From NCBI GenBank assembly GCA_045639325.1, contig JAZUCU010000024.1, positions 4,737 through 68,736 on the forward strand: a DNA stretch of 64,000 bases. The letters are read 5' to 3'. This document shows positions 38,975 through 49,464 of the stretch, piece by piece. The notes below the pieces were generated by a model. It had not been told where the DNA came from. It did no database searches and saw only the letters and a program-made list of their open reading frames with translations. The DNA comes from Victivallales bacterium (GTDB taxonomy: Bacteria > Verrucomicrobiota > Lentisphaeria > Victivallales > UBA1829). Every line of letters begins with the position of its first letter. The stretch's first letter is position 1. The position numbers and the translations under genes are program-made.

Positions 38975-41098
38975 TTATTTCTCAAATTCCATCAGGTATG
39001 CACCGAACATTTTTGCATCCAGAGGAATGCGGAATTTGCCATTGCCGCTGCTCTTGATGGTTTTGATGCCTTCGCCTTTCGGGAATGCATCAGAAAGGAT
39101 TTTGATGGTGCATTTCTGGTAATCGGCGGGCAGGTTGACTGTGATCTGATTTGTCGCAGAACGGAACTGGGAAACGACAAGATGCACTTTTCCATCTTTG
39201 CTAATACCGGCGAGAGGATAAATGCCTGCGCCTGCATAAGATGTGGTAATCGGCACTTTGTTGAGGTTCTTTCTTGCAAATTCAGAATAGAAGAGAAGGG
39301 CATAATAAAGTTTGTAAGGATTGTTCCAGGAGGCGAATGTACCCCAGCGTCCTGCACTGGCAAAGTGATAGAAGAATGTCATATCCGCAACTTCCTGAAG
39401 AGATACGAGGGTTGCAAGAGAGAATGCGGCGTTTGCCATGGATTTTTTCATGTGATCGTCCGCTGCAAGATTTTCCCAGTCGAGCGGGTTGAGATTCCAT
39501 TCAGCAAGGATCACTTCCGCATTGTTGAATCCGTATTTGTCTGCGATGGCACGGATGGATTTCATGGTGTTGTAGAAATTGATCGGGTCTCTGACATATC
39601 CGGTAACACTGAGGAAGTCCAACGGAATGGATTCTTTCTTGCAGAGTGCCGCCAGTGCTTCCACGGATTTGAGCTGAATCGACTGGGGACCGCCAACTTT
39701 CACGTTGGGAAATGCTTTTTTCATTTCTGTTGCGAAGTCTCTGTAAAGATCCAGATATTTTTCATAAGGACCATCAAACAATTTTTTGTTGTCCGGTTCT
39801 TCCCAAAGGGATGCGTAGCGGATGTTCCATTTTTTGCCATTTGCCCAGCCTTCGTTGTAATGACGGAGGATATTGACGCAAATTTTTGCCCATTTTTTTG
39901 TATCGGTCGGGGGATGTACTCGGAAACGTTTTCCGGAATGTTCAATTGATTCACCAAAGTGGAATTCGATTTCAATACCGCAATCTGCGACCTGCTGCAA
40001 ATAGAAGTCGGTCGGCTCGAAAATGTAATTTCTGGGATCGTCCGGATCGGCATGGAAGAGGGGGAAGATCTGGCTGACATCGATCAGTGCATACCCGGCG
40101 TTATTGTGTGTAGCATCCATGTGTCTGACGCGTGCAGGGGCGAGCTTCTTGAGCAATTCCTTTTCCTTAAGCATTCTTCCTGCATTGCTGATACGGGGAG
40201 AATTGTTCATGCCGAAAATATTTTTTTGTACGGCTCCGGGTTTGTCGGCGGCGAGAGTCAACGTTACATTTTTGGATGCGGCGAAATGTGTATTGCGTGC
40301 AGAAATGATTTTACCTTCTTTTGTATTTTCTTTGCGAATCAACTTTGCGGTGTTGTAAACGATTTTGTCGTTATCCACGCAGTTCTGAATGTCGCTGGCA
40401 ATTTCTCTGCGGAGAATATTGCCGATGTCACGGAATTCGTAAAACTTGATATCGAGAGAAGACAATGCCTTGATGTCTTTTGTCAGATGTTTCCAGGGGT
40501 AAATAATAGTGACATCGCTTTCATGTACGGATTTATTTTTCTTATCACTGGCAATGGTTTTGATTTCTGATTTTTTGACTTCCACATCGTTGATCTGATA
40601 ATGGAAATCGCCTTTTTCGTTGACTGTGACAACGATTTTATCATTAGCTGCATTTCTTGTTTCGAACCAGAAATAGGAGCTGCCCCAGATGCCGCCTTTT
40701 TCATCAAATTTATGAAGATTGTTCGGGATGACGGTTTTGACATTGACGTAAAAATTGGTATCATCGAACAGCATTTTTACCGTAATATCAGCCATGGAGC
40801 GTTCGAGAGATTCCAGATTGAACAGATCGGTAACGGCATCTGCTTTTTTCCAGACGGCAGCATTGTTTTTGCCGTCTTTTGTAATCGGAGATTCGGAAGT
40901 GTAATAAACAGAGTAGGTCTGACTGATCATTTTTGTTTTCTCCTTTGTTTTGACCGGGGCGTTTGCAGCATCTGCTTTTGCTGTGACATCTTTCAATTTA
41001 CCCTTCATGCCGTAAGCGACACCCGTCGTGATGAGTCCGCCGAGCAGGGCAATGATTGCAATTACCGCAATGAGTTCGACCATTGAAAATCTCTTCAT
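38975..41098 (-). CDS. Prepilin-type leader + CBM9-like domain + GH39-like glycoside hydrolase fusion
   Basis: MKRFSMVELIAVIAIIALLGGLI; PITKDG....W..A and KMLFDDTNFYV (CBM9-like); IFGMNN, DPDDPRNY.F..TD.Y, LWEEPD, VGGP, LDFLS, LAEWN (clan GH-A/GH39-like). Confidence 0.78.
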   Translation of the reverse strand: MKRFSMVELIAVIAIIALLGGLITTGVAYGMKGKLKDVTAKADAANAPVKTKEKTKMISQTYSVYYTSESPITKDGKNNAAVWKKADAVTDLFNLESLERSMADITVKMLFDDTNFYVNVKTVIPNNLHKFDEKGGIWGSSYFWFETRNAANDKIVVTVNEKGDFHYQINDVEVKKSEIKTIASDKKNKSVHESDVTIIYPWKHLTKDIKALSSLDIKFYEFRDIGNILRREIASDIQNCVDNDKIVYNTAKLIRKENTKEGKIISARNTHFAASKNVTLTLAADKPGAVQKNIFGMNNSPRISNAGRMLKEKELLKKLAPARVRHMDATHNNAGYALIDVSQIFPLFHADPDDPRNYIFEPTDFYLQQVADCGIEIEFHFGESIEHSGKRFRVHPPTDTKKWAKICVNILRHYNEGWANGKKWNIRYASLWEEPDNKKLFDGPYEKYLDLYRDFATEMKKAFPNVKVGGPQSIQLKSVEALAALCKKESIPLDFLSVTGYVRDPINFYNTMKSIRAIADKYGFNNAEVILAEWNLNPLDWENLAADDHMKKSMANAAFSLATLVSLQEVADMTFFYHFASAGRWGTFASWNNPYKLYYALLFYSEFARKNLNKVPITTSYAGAGIYPLAGISKDGKVHLVVSQFRSATNQITVNLPADYQKCTIKILSDAFPKGEGIKTIKSSGNGKFRIPLDAKMFGAYLMEFEK

Positions 41099-41261
41099 TT
41101 TCTTGTTGCTCCTATCCTTGTTTTGTTGTTTTTGAAACTTTTTATTCTTTTCTGATTGCAGAGAAAAAAATCTCTGCTATATTATAATGTACACAGTATC
41201 AGGAAATATTCAATCTTGATTCGGAATATAATATCGAACAATTGTGCCAAAGTATAGAACA

Positions 41262-42113
41262 ATGATGATAGAACGTAAAAGAATCCTCTATATGCCGGGG
41301 CGAACGCAGCGTTATTTGCAGCTGGGGTGTCAGATTTCGGAATTCGGATATTTGCCCGATCAGGTTCCGATGAACAGAAACCGTACTCTCAACGCCCTGT
41401 TTTTCTGCATTATTCTGTGCAGTGACGGCAAGGGGAGGGCACTGATCAATGGCATGCCTGTCAACAGTAGATTTTCTCCTCCGTTTCTCACTATTCATAC
41501 GCCGGGGACGGTTCTCCATACGGTTCAGCCGTCTCTGCACGATGAAATTTATTTCAGTTATTCCGGAGAAAATGCGGAAAATATGATGAAGATGGGCTTT
41601 CAGAGCGGACATTTTGAGGTGACTCCGGAAATCAGTGATATTATAGCCCGGATCCGGAGCAATTTGTGCTTGCCCGATTCGCCCGGTAAAGCGGATATGA
41701 TGGATCTGCTGGCATTGCAATTACTGGTTGCCATCCGGGAATCGAAAGAAATGTGTTCGGAGAAATATCGGGAAGATGGAACACGATTTCCCGAGCTGAC
41801 CAATTATCTGGAAATGCATTATCTGGAAAATCCGTCCTTATCGTTTCTGCTCCACAAATTCGGATTTTCCCGGCGGACATTTTTCCGTTTATGGAAGAAG
41901 AAATATACTTGTTCTTATACCGAATTTCTGAATGAATTGAAATTGAAGCATGGCGAGAGTCTTCTGGTAACGACTAATTTATCGGTGGAAGAAATCGCCC
42001 AGCAATGTGCATTTGCATCGGCAACTTATTTTATCCGGCGTTTCAAAAGTTATTACGGGGCGACACCGGTCGTATACAAAAAGCTCCGTCTGGCAGAAAA
42101 AATCCTGCAATAA
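41262..42113 (+). CDS. AraC family transcriptional regulator (divergent from the pilin-GH39 gene)
   Basis: IAQQCAFASATYFIRRFKSYYGATP; start uncertain. Confidence 0.88.
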   Translation: MMIERKRILYMPGRTQRYLQLGCQISEFGYLPDQVPMNRNRTLNALFFCIILCSDGKGRALINGMPVNSRFSPPFLTIHTPGTVLHTVQPSLHDEIYFSYSGENAENMMKMGFQSGHFEVTPEISDIIARIRSNLCLPDSPGKADMMDLLALQLLVAIRESKEMCSEKYREDGTRFPELTNYLEMHYLENPSLSFLLHKFGFSRRTFFRLWKKKYTCSYTEFLNELKLKHGESLLVTTNLSVEEIAQQCAFASATYFIRRFKSYYGATPVVYKKLRLAEKILQ

Positions 42114-42184
42114 TCATCTTGTATTTTTCCTTTTTACATTTATATTACAGCAAACAGCAAACAGCAAAAGAAAGGTTGATAATT

Positions 42185-43294
42185 ATGAGTAAATCCAAGG
42201 TTTATTTTACTGATTTCCGTACTGAATTTCATGGCAGAAGTTTATTGCATAAAATGCAGCGTCTTATGAAAAAAGCCGGATTTGAATCCATGGATCTGGA
42301 AGACAAATTCGTCGCCATCAAAATGCATTTCGGCGAAGTCGGTAATCTGGCATTTCTCCGTCCGAATTATGCAAAAGCGGTCGCCGATTATGTAAAAGAG
42401 CTGGGCGGCAAACCTTACCTGACCGATTGTAATACTCTCTATGTCGGCGGCAGACGCAATGCGCTGGATCATCTGGATACCGCCGCGCTGAACGGATTCT
42501 CCATGGTTTCCACCGGATGCCAGATTCTGATCGGCGATGGGTTGAAAGGGGATGATGAATTGAATGTGCCGGTCCCCAACGGAAAACATTTCAAAACGGC
42601 AAAAATCGGCAGAGCGGTTATGGATGCCGATGTGTTTATCAGTTTGACTCACTTCAAAGGTCATGAGAAAATGGGCATTGGCGGTGTCATCAAGAATATC
42701 GGTATGGGCTGCGGTTCCCGTGCCGGTAAAATGGAAATGCACAGCGATGGCAAGCCGGTTGTAGATGATGATTGCGTCGGTTGCGGCATTTGTGCAAAAC
42801 ATTGTGCTTTCCATGCGCTGAAACTGGATGCTGCGGCAAAGAAAATGACCATTGACCATAATCTTTGTGCCGGTTGCGGACGTTGTATCAATGTCTGCCC
42901 GAAAGATGCGCTGGTTGCCACCTGGGGACAGCATGATAAAATTCTGGATGAAAAGACAGCGGAATATGCAGCTGCCGTGTTGGCGGGACGTCCTCATTTC
43001 CACATCAGTCTGCTTTGTGATATTACGCCGAATTGTGACTGTCACGGAGAAAATGATGCTGCGATTCTGCCGGATATCGGTATTCTTGCCGGCTTTGACC
43101 CGGTTGCGTTGGATGTTGCGGCGTGCGACCTGTGTAATAAAGCACCGCGTCTGCACAATTCCTGGCTGGATGACTGTCCGGAAACGGATGATGTATTCAA
43201 TGATGCCCATGACAATACCCATTGGCGTGATACCATTGATTATGCGGTTTCCATCGGTCTGGGCAGTGATCAGTATGAATTGATTCCGCTTTGA
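42185..43294 (+). CDS. DUF362 domain protein with 2x[4Fe-4S] ferredoxin domain
   Basis: VAIKMHFGE, TDCNTLY, THFKGH, KNIGMGC, CVGCGICAKHC, CAGCGRCINVCP, CDC, DPVALD. Confidence 0.9.
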   Translation: MSKSKVYFTDFRTEFHGRSLLHKMQRLMKKAGFESMDLEDKFVAIKMHFGEVGNLAFLRPNYAKAVADYVKELGGKPYLTDCNTLYVGGRRNALDHLDTAALNGFSMVSTGCQILIGDGLKGDDELNVPVPNGKHFKTAKIGRAVMDADVFISLTHFKGHEKMGIGGVIKNIGMGCGSRAGKMEMHSDGKPVVDDDCVGCGICAKHCAFHALKLDAAAKKMTIDHNLCAGCGRCINVCPKDALVATWGQHDKILDEKTAEYAAAVLAGRPHFHISLLCDITPNCDCHGENDAAILPDIGILAGFDPVALDVAACDLCNKAPRLHNSWLDDCPETDDVFNDAHDNTHWRDTIDYAVSIGLGSDQYELIPL

Positions 43295-43414
43295 TTTATA
43301 GCCAAAAAGTTAAAAAAAAGTTGCTTTTATACTTGACTTTTTCCATAAACTGGTTAATAGTACTTAACTGATAAAAAACATAACAACATAAATTGCAGAG
43401 AAAGGAGAATAAAA

Positions 43415-44305
43415 ATGAAACACTTTGCAATGCTTACACTTGTTGCCGCAACCGCCCTTACCGGTGTTTATGCTGCGGATCTCGCCCCTGTCAAATCCAC
43501 AGTAAAACAGGTTTATGTTTATCAGCCGGAAAAATATTCTGTCCGTCAGGGCGGTACGATTTCCAATCAGTTCAATACCTATTTGCTTACTGTGACGGTT
43601 TCCAAACCGATGGGTAACAAACCTCCGCAGCTTCAGTTTGATATCTCCGCCGGTAATTTCGGTTTCAATCCGCTGATCAACCCCCTGCGTATCACGGTCA
43701 ACGATATTGCTCTGAGTAAACTTTCTGTTAAAGCAGAAGATTTCACTGCCTGGAAAGATGGCGATAAAGCCGGTACACAGTTGAAGCTTAACTTCGACGG
43801 TGCAAAATATACTCTGATCAGCTACATGCGCCCCGATTCTCCGGTTCTGTGGATGACTTTGAAAGCAGACCCCTCCAGCGTTGAACCCACAGAAACTTTG
43901 ACGATTCAGGTTTCCAACCTGACATCCAACCTCGTCCGCGTCAACAAAAAGATAGCCTGGATCGGTGCTTATCAGCGTGAATTCATCACTCCGACCCGTA
44001 CATTGAAACAGCAGGTAAAAGAATATGTCCTGACTCCGGCAGAAAATGAGATCACATTCACAGACAAAATCTTTGACGGCTCTGCAAAAGATAAAGGTGC
44101 AGGTCCCACCTGGTTCCAGTTCGATTCTTCTGTTGTTACAAAAGCAACGGTTACTGTCCGTAACGAATGGGTGAATGTCGTCAAAATGACCGTGAAACCG
44201 GATGCAAAGGAATTCAAGTTCGCTTACTGGCAGCAGAAGCCCGCCATTTCCAATGCTGATTTCCAGAAGAAACTCAAAGAAGAAAAGAAAGCATTCACCC
44301 GCTGA
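43415..44305 (+). CDS. Hypothetical secreted beta-rich protein
   Basis: SD AAGGAG, signal peptide; no family recognised. Confidence 0.8.
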   Translation: MKHFAMLTLVAATALTGVYAADLAPVKSTVKQVYVYQPEKYSVRQGGTISNQFNTYLLTVTVSKPMGNKPPQLQFDISAGNFGFNPLINPLRITVNDIALSKLSVKAEDFTAWKDGDKAGTQLKLNFDGAKYTLISYMRPDSPVLWMTLKADPSSVEPTETLTIQVSNLTSNLVRVNKKIAWIGAYQREFITPTRTLKQQVKEYVLTPAENEITFTDKIFDGSAKDKGAGPTWFQFDSSVVTKATVTVRNEWVNVVKMTVKPDAKEFKFAYWQQKPAISNADFQKKLKEEKKAFTR

Positions 44306-44334
44306 TTTGCTTTATCTGAAGAAAGATTTTACTG

Positions 44335-46878
44335 ATGAAAATTAAAAATTTACTTCTTGCGGCAGTCGCTCTTTCTGCCGCAACGGTGTGGTCGTATGAC
44401 CTCAAGACTGTGGAACTTGTTCCGGTCAAGTTTGAAAAAGCTCCGTCCCATGCACCCGTCAAGATGGTGGAGAATGGTAAATTGAATTTTGCCATTGTTG
44501 CCGACTTGAAGGCGGAAAAACGTATGCGTGCAGCAAAAAAATCCCGTTCGGAAGAATCCATAGCTCCCGCGATTGAGATTTTGACGGAAGCGATTGAAAA
44601 ATGTACGGGTGTCAAGCCTCAGGTGTTGGACATCAAAGATGCGGCCAAGGCGAAATATATGATCGTTCTTGGTGACAACGCAATCACCCGTGCAAATGGC
44701 ATTGACGTCAAGAAGCTGCCCACACAGGGATTTGCCATCAAGACCTTTAATAAAGGTATTATCATTGCCGGTTATGATACGGCTCTGATCAATGGCTGGA
44801 ACACCAAGCCGTTGGAACACAAAGGTTCCAGCACCGGTACAAAGTATGGTGCTTATGACTTTGTGGAACGTTTTCTGGAAGTCCGTTACTTCTTCCCGGG
44901 GCAATACGGAACCATCTGGCCGAAAGTCAAAAATCTGACGTTGAAGCCGGTTTATTACACGGATGCGCCGTACTTCGATCAGCGTAACGGTATTTTCTAT
45001 CTCGGTTTGGGATTTGCGAAAGCCGCCGGTAAAAAATTCTGGCAGGAATATCTGGGCGAAATTACCAAAAAAGATGCGATCTTCTGGGATCGTTGGCGTA
45101 TGGGCGGCACATCATCCGCAGGCGGTTCCCATTCTCCGCGTCCGGAAATGATTGCAAAAGCCTATCCGGACAAACTGGAAAAGATTTTCTATAAATCCCC
45201 TGCCGGCAATTTCTGGTATAACCCCAAAGCTCACATCGGTAATTATTATGACGTCGTGAACCTGGATTTTGCAGACATCCTGATTGATGGTGCGAAGAAA
45301 TATTATGCATCCAATGGTAAGGATAACAAGTACGGTTTCTCCGGCTGCAATCTCAGCTATTTCTCCTTCGGTATGTGCGATACGCTTCTGCCCGATACCG
45401 ATGTGATCAATCATCCGGTCGTCAAAAAACTCGGTCTGATGACACAGAAAGATTTGGACCGTAATAAATTTTATGCAGGCACAACGGGTGACAATGCCGG
45501 TATGGCAAATATCTATGCCCGTTTCCACCAGTATCTGGCAAAACGTCTGCAGAAAGAACTCCCGGGTGTCAAACTGTATATTATGGCATATTACAATGCC
45601 CAGTTTGCAGGTACCGATCCCCGTTGGATTCTGCCTCCGAATACAGAAGTCAACCTCTGTCTCGGTTCCATGCCCAACAATACACGCAATAAAGTGATTG
45701 CAGAGAAAGCGGTTCAGGTTGCCAAAGAATGGTATGAATCTCTCGGTAACCGCCCGGTTCAGAAAATGTGGCTTTATGCGGGAACGGATCCGTTTGTTCA
45801 GGCCGTGAACGGGGAATTTGTCGGCGACATTCCCAAACTGTTCGGCAAATATATGGGTACGACCTCTCTGTTCTTTGACCATTGTACAGGTTCTCCGGGT
45901 AACTACTGGTTCTTCTATTATTCCTATTATGCCGCCTATCGCTCCATGTGGAATCCGAATTGGAATGCAGCTGCCGCGATTGATGCACACTGGGCAAAAT
46001 TCTATGGCAAGGAAGCGGGTAAATATCTGCTCCAGTTCCACAAACATTTGCGCTATTGCTTCGAAAAATATGCCACAACCGGTACCGAAACGGTTAAATC
46101 AATTGTTTATCCGGCACCGGAAATTCACAAATTGAAAGACCTGCTGGCGAAAGCAGAGAAAGCGATCAACCCCGGTTCTGTTGAAGCAAAACGTTTCAAA
46201 CTCTTTGCTGCTCCCTGGGAAAAAGCATTTGATAAAGTATTGAATCAGCTTTCCTATGAACGCCCGATTCATAACGTTTATCAGTTGCTCCGTAATGAAA
46301 AAGTTACAATCGACGGTAAAGGCACTGAAAAATTCTGGGCAAAAGCTCAGAACATGAAACTGATGGATCCCAAGGGAACCACAACCCCGGTCAAATATCC
46401 TGCCGATATCAAACTCGCATGGGATAAACAAGGGATCTACGGTTTGTTTACTATGAAACACAGCCCGATTATGGCGGATCCCAAGAAAGATTTGTTTGTC
46501 AATGACAACTTTGAATTCTTCCTTTCTCCCGGCATGAAGCTGGAAGTGGAATACCAGTTTGTCTTCGACGCATTGAAACAGACCTTCTTTGGCACCAAAC
46601 GTCATCTGCCGATTCCACAGCCATTTGACAGTTATTGGAAAGTCAAAGGCTTCAAGCTGGAATGTACACATGGCAAGGACTTCTTCACTGCAGAATTCTT
46701 TGTCCCGTATTCTGCACTGAATGAAAAAGCCCCGAACGTGTACGATACCTGGCATTGTAACGTTGTCCGCAACAAATTCTCCGTGCCCCGCGAATACAGC
46801 GGTACTTCCATGACTCTTGGCAACAACCACAATATGAGCATGTACGGTATCATCAAGTTCGCCGGTAAAGGGGAATAA
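44335..46878 (+). CDS. Secreted DUF4838-like protein with C-terminal CBM9-like domain
   Basis: Signal peptide, GTKYGAYDFVERFLEVRYFFPG, DAPYF..R, IMAYY; C-terminal VTIDG...W, KLAWD, DNFEFFL, TAEFFVPY. Confidence 0.72.
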   Translation: MKIKNLLLAAVALSAATVWSYDLKTVELVPVKFEKAPSHAPVKMVENGKLNFAIVADLKAEKRMRAAKKSRSEESIAPAIEILTEAIEKCTGVKPQVLDIKDAAKAKYMIVLGDNAITRANGIDVKKLPTQGFAIKTFNKGIIIAGYDTALINGWNTKPLEHKGSSTGTKYGAYDFVERFLEVRYFFPGQYGTIWPKVKNLTLKPVYYTDAPYFDQRNGIFYLGLGFAKAAGKKFWQEYLGEITKKDAIFWDRWRMGGTSSAGGSHSPRPEMIAKAYPDKLEKIFYKSPAGNFWYNPKAHIGNYYDVVNLDFADILIDGAKKYYASNGKDNKYGFSGCNLSYFSFGMCDTLLPDTDVINHPVVKKLGLMTQKDLDRNKFYAGTTGDNAGMANIYARFHQYLAKRLQKELPGVKLYIMAYYNAQFAGTDPRWILPPNTEVNLCLGSMPNNTRNKVIAEKAVQVAKEWYESLGNRPVQKMWLYAGTDPFVQAVNGEFVGDIPKLFGKYMGTTSLFFDHCTGSPGNYWFFYYSYYAAYRSMWNPNWNAAAAIDAHWAKFYGKEAGKYLLQFHKHLRYCFEKYATTGTETVKSIVYPAPEIHKLKDLLAKAEKAINPGSVEAKRFKLFAAPWEKAFDKVLNQLSYERPIHNVYQLLRNEKVTIDGKGTEKFWAKAQNMKLMDPKGTTTPVKYPADIKLAWDKQGIYGLFTMKHSPIMADPKKDLFVNDNFEFFLSPGMKLEVEYQFVFDALKQTFFGTKRHLPIPQPFDSYWKVKGFKLECTHGKDFFTAEFFVPYSALNEKAPNVYDTWHCNVVRNKFSVPREYSGTSMTLGNNHNMSMYGIIKFAGKGE

Positions 46879-46902
46879 ATATCACTTTTAATTGTTAAAG
46901 TG

Positions 46903-46936
46903 GAAAACTCTCTGTGTTTTTGCAGAGAGTTTTTTT
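46903..46936 (+). terminator. Intrinsic terminator
   Basis: AAAACTCTCTG...CAGAGAGTTTT with long T run. Confidence 0.8.
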
Positions 46937-47022
46937 ATTTTTACTTGCTTTTTCCAAAAGAGCTGTTACATTAGCAACAATCACAATATTGTAGAATCAT
47001 TTAAAATAGAAAGGCTCAAAAG

Positions 47023-49197
47023 ATGACCCTTCCTGATATTCCTGATAAAACTTGTACGCCGATTGCATTGAATCATTTTCCTACACGCTGGCAGGCGGTG
47101 TTGTGGCGGAATTATTCCTATTTTACATTGGAAAAACTGGCAGCGTTGCTGAAATGTCAGGTGAATGACCTGAAAGATGCCGCAGTCAAAATGGGACTTC
47201 CTGCCGTTCAGCCGCCGATTGGTACCTGGCAGAAAGATGGATATATCACGATCCTGCGCGACAACTGGCATTTGCTTCCTTATGAACAAATCATGGAATT
47301 GCTGGAATGGTCACAGGATCGTTTTGTCTATGCGTTGCGGGAAGAAGACTTCCTCTGGGGTAAACTCGGCGGCATGAAGCCGGAATGTGAAATGGTCCAA
47401 TACGCCCCGCTGACTCCGGAACAGGAAGCCGCGACCGAAGTTTTCCGTAACAGCTGGCAGAAATATGTCAAGGCGGAGGATTACGGTTATCAGGAACAGC
47501 CCTTTGCATTCCGGGATCAATACCGTACCTTCTTCCCCATTGCAGGCAAGAAAAGCCCCTTTGATCTCTGTTTTGTTCATTCTTACGCTGCAACTTGCGG
47601 TGACGTTCTTCTGGATATTGAATCCCGTGACCCGGTTCCGGAAAATCTGTTGAAAGAATATGCCGCCCAGGGGGTGAATGGTATCTGGTTCCACGCCTTG
47701 CTGTATCGTCTGCATCCAGTTGCCGGTTCCGAAGAATTTTCGGAAGGTTATGAGATCCGCCTTGCCAATTTGCAGAAGATCGTAGCCCGTTGTAAAAAAT
47801 ATGGCATCGGTTTGTATCTGTATCTGAATGAACCCCGTGGTATGACGGATGGATTTTATCAGAAGAATCCGGATTGGCGCGGTATCACGGCGAATGCGGA
47901 AAGACTCATTTATGCCAACTGCGTCAGTAAAGGTGCGGTTTTGACATGGATGGAAGATGCGTTGTATAACATCTTCAAAAAAGTGCCTGATCTTGCCGGT
48001 ACATTCCTGATTACCATGTCGGAAAATCAGACTCATTGCAATTCCGGTCATAAGATCGATCTTTGTCCTCTGTGCAGCAAACGTCATGGCTCCGAATTGA
48101 TTGCAGATATTGCGGTTGCAGCGGAGCGCGGGATTCACCGGGCCTCTCCCGATGCTGTCCTGATGATGTCCGACTGGGCATGGGCGGAAAAGAATTTTGA
48201 CCATGAATGTATCTTCCGCAAAAAAGTGATTGACCGTCTCCCGAAAGATGCCTGGTATTTGTGCATCAGCGAATGGGGTAAGGAAATTCATGTCGGCGGC
48301 GTCCGCAACGATGTGTTTGACTATTCCATTTCCCAGGTCGGCCCCTCCGATGAAGTGCGGGAAGCTATCCGTTACGCAAAAGAAAAAGGCTTGAAAGTTG
48401 CGGCAAAGATTCAGGCAAACAATTCCTGGGAACTTTCCGGTGTGCCTTATATTCCAGTGCCTCATCTGGTGGAAGAACACATCAATAACCTGAAAGAATT
48501 GGGCGTTGACGGCTTGATGATGAGCTGGACTCATGGCGGTTATCCGGGGGGCAATCTGGCATTGATCCACAGCACTGCAGATCAATTGGTGCAGGAAAAC
48601 TTCCATCCGGAAGCGGCGCAGATCATTACAAAATGCCTGAAAGATTTTTCCGCAGCATTCCGCCATTTTCCGTTCGACGTCGGAACCATGTACCGGAGTC
48701 CGGTGAATGCCGGGGCGAGAAATCTGCTTCATCTGCAGGATACCGGTTTCAAATCGACCATGGTCGGTTATCCCTACGATGACTTGAAGGGATGGCGTTC
48801 CGTCTATCCGGAAGATATTTTTGAAGATCATTTCCGGATGGTGACGGAAGGCTGGTCTGGGGCGTTGAAGGAATTGGAAGCGGCATCAAGCTGTATTCAG
48901 GAAACGGAACGGGAGCTGTATGTTGAGATCCTCTCCATGGCACAGGGCTCCTTTGCGCATTTGCAGAGTACCTATCTGCAAACATGCTTTATCCGCCGCC
49001 GCAATGCCGGTGACGTGGAAGGTATGAAGAAGTATGCCCGTGAGGAATTGGAAAATACACTTGCGTTGTATTCTCTGATGCGGCGGGATTCCCGTGTTGG
49101 CTTTGAATCCAGCAACCATTATTACTATTCTCTCCAGTCCATTCTGGAAAAGATCGTGAATTGCGAAACGATCCTTGCCGAATTGGATAAAAACTGA
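47023..49197 (+). CDS. Hypothetical protein (724 aa), possible TIM-barrel glycoside hydrolase-like
   Basis: Long ORF with normal composition; GVNGIWFH, GIGLYLYLNEP, ITMSEN, Cys cluster; no signal peptide. Confidence 0.7.
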   Translation: MTLPDIPDKTCTPIALNHFPTRWQAVLWRNYSYFTLEKLAALLKCQVNDLKDAAVKMGLPAVQPPIGTWQKDGYITILRDNWHLLPYEQIMELLEWSQDRFVYALREEDFLWGKLGGMKPECEMVQYAPLTPEQEAATEVFRNSWQKYVKAEDYGYQEQPFAFRDQYRTFFPIAGKKSPFDLCFVHSYAATCGDVLLDIESRDPVPENLLKEYAAQGVNGIWFHALLYRLHPVAGSEEFSEGYEIRLANLQKIVARCKKYGIGLYLYLNEPRGMTDGFYQKNPDWRGITANAERLIYANCVSKGAVLTWMEDALYNIFKKVPDLAGTFLITMSENQTHCNSGHKIDLCPLCSKRHGSELIADIAVAAERGIHRASPDAVLMMSDWAWAEKNFDHECIFRKKVIDRLPKDAWYLCISEWGKEIHVGGVRNDVFDYSISQVGPSDEVREAIRYAKEKGLKVAAKIQANNSWELSGVPYIPVPHLVEEHINNLKELGVDGLMMSWTHGGYPGGNLALIHSTADQLVQENFHPEAAQIITKCLKDFSAAFRHFPFDVGTMYRSPVNAGARNLLHLQDTGFKSTMVGYPYDDLKGWRSVYPEDIFEDHFRMVTEGWSGALKELEAASSCIQETERELYVEILSMAQGSFAHLQSTYLQTCFIRRRNAGDVEGMKKYAREELENTLALYSLMRRDSRVGFESSNHYYYSLQSILEKIVNCETILAELDKN

Positions 49198-49207
49198 GAA
49201 TGAGTGT

Positions 49208-49248
49208 TTTCCGGCGGTCTCATTTATGGTCCGGGCCGCCGGAAAAGC
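49208..49248 (+). terminator. Probable terminator hairpin
   Basis: TTTTCCGGCGG...CCGCCGGAAAA directly after the stop codon. Confidence 0.55.
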
Positions 49249-49464
49249 CCTGATAAACGTTTGATTTTTGCTTTTAAGGACTGCAAAACGAAAAATAACT
49301 GCGAAAAAATACATAAATAATAATAAAAAATCTTGAAAAAAACGATTTTTGATGTATCTTACCTGAGTAATAAAATAATTTTGCGGAAATTAGTGATATC
49401 TTTAGCCGTTTAAAAAGATGGAAAATGGTTTCCGTGACGAACAAAAACTCAAGGATTCGAACGT

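Noticed and set aside
49260-49464. T-box leader upstream of proS
   Set aside because: No T-box motif or terminator/antiterminator visible
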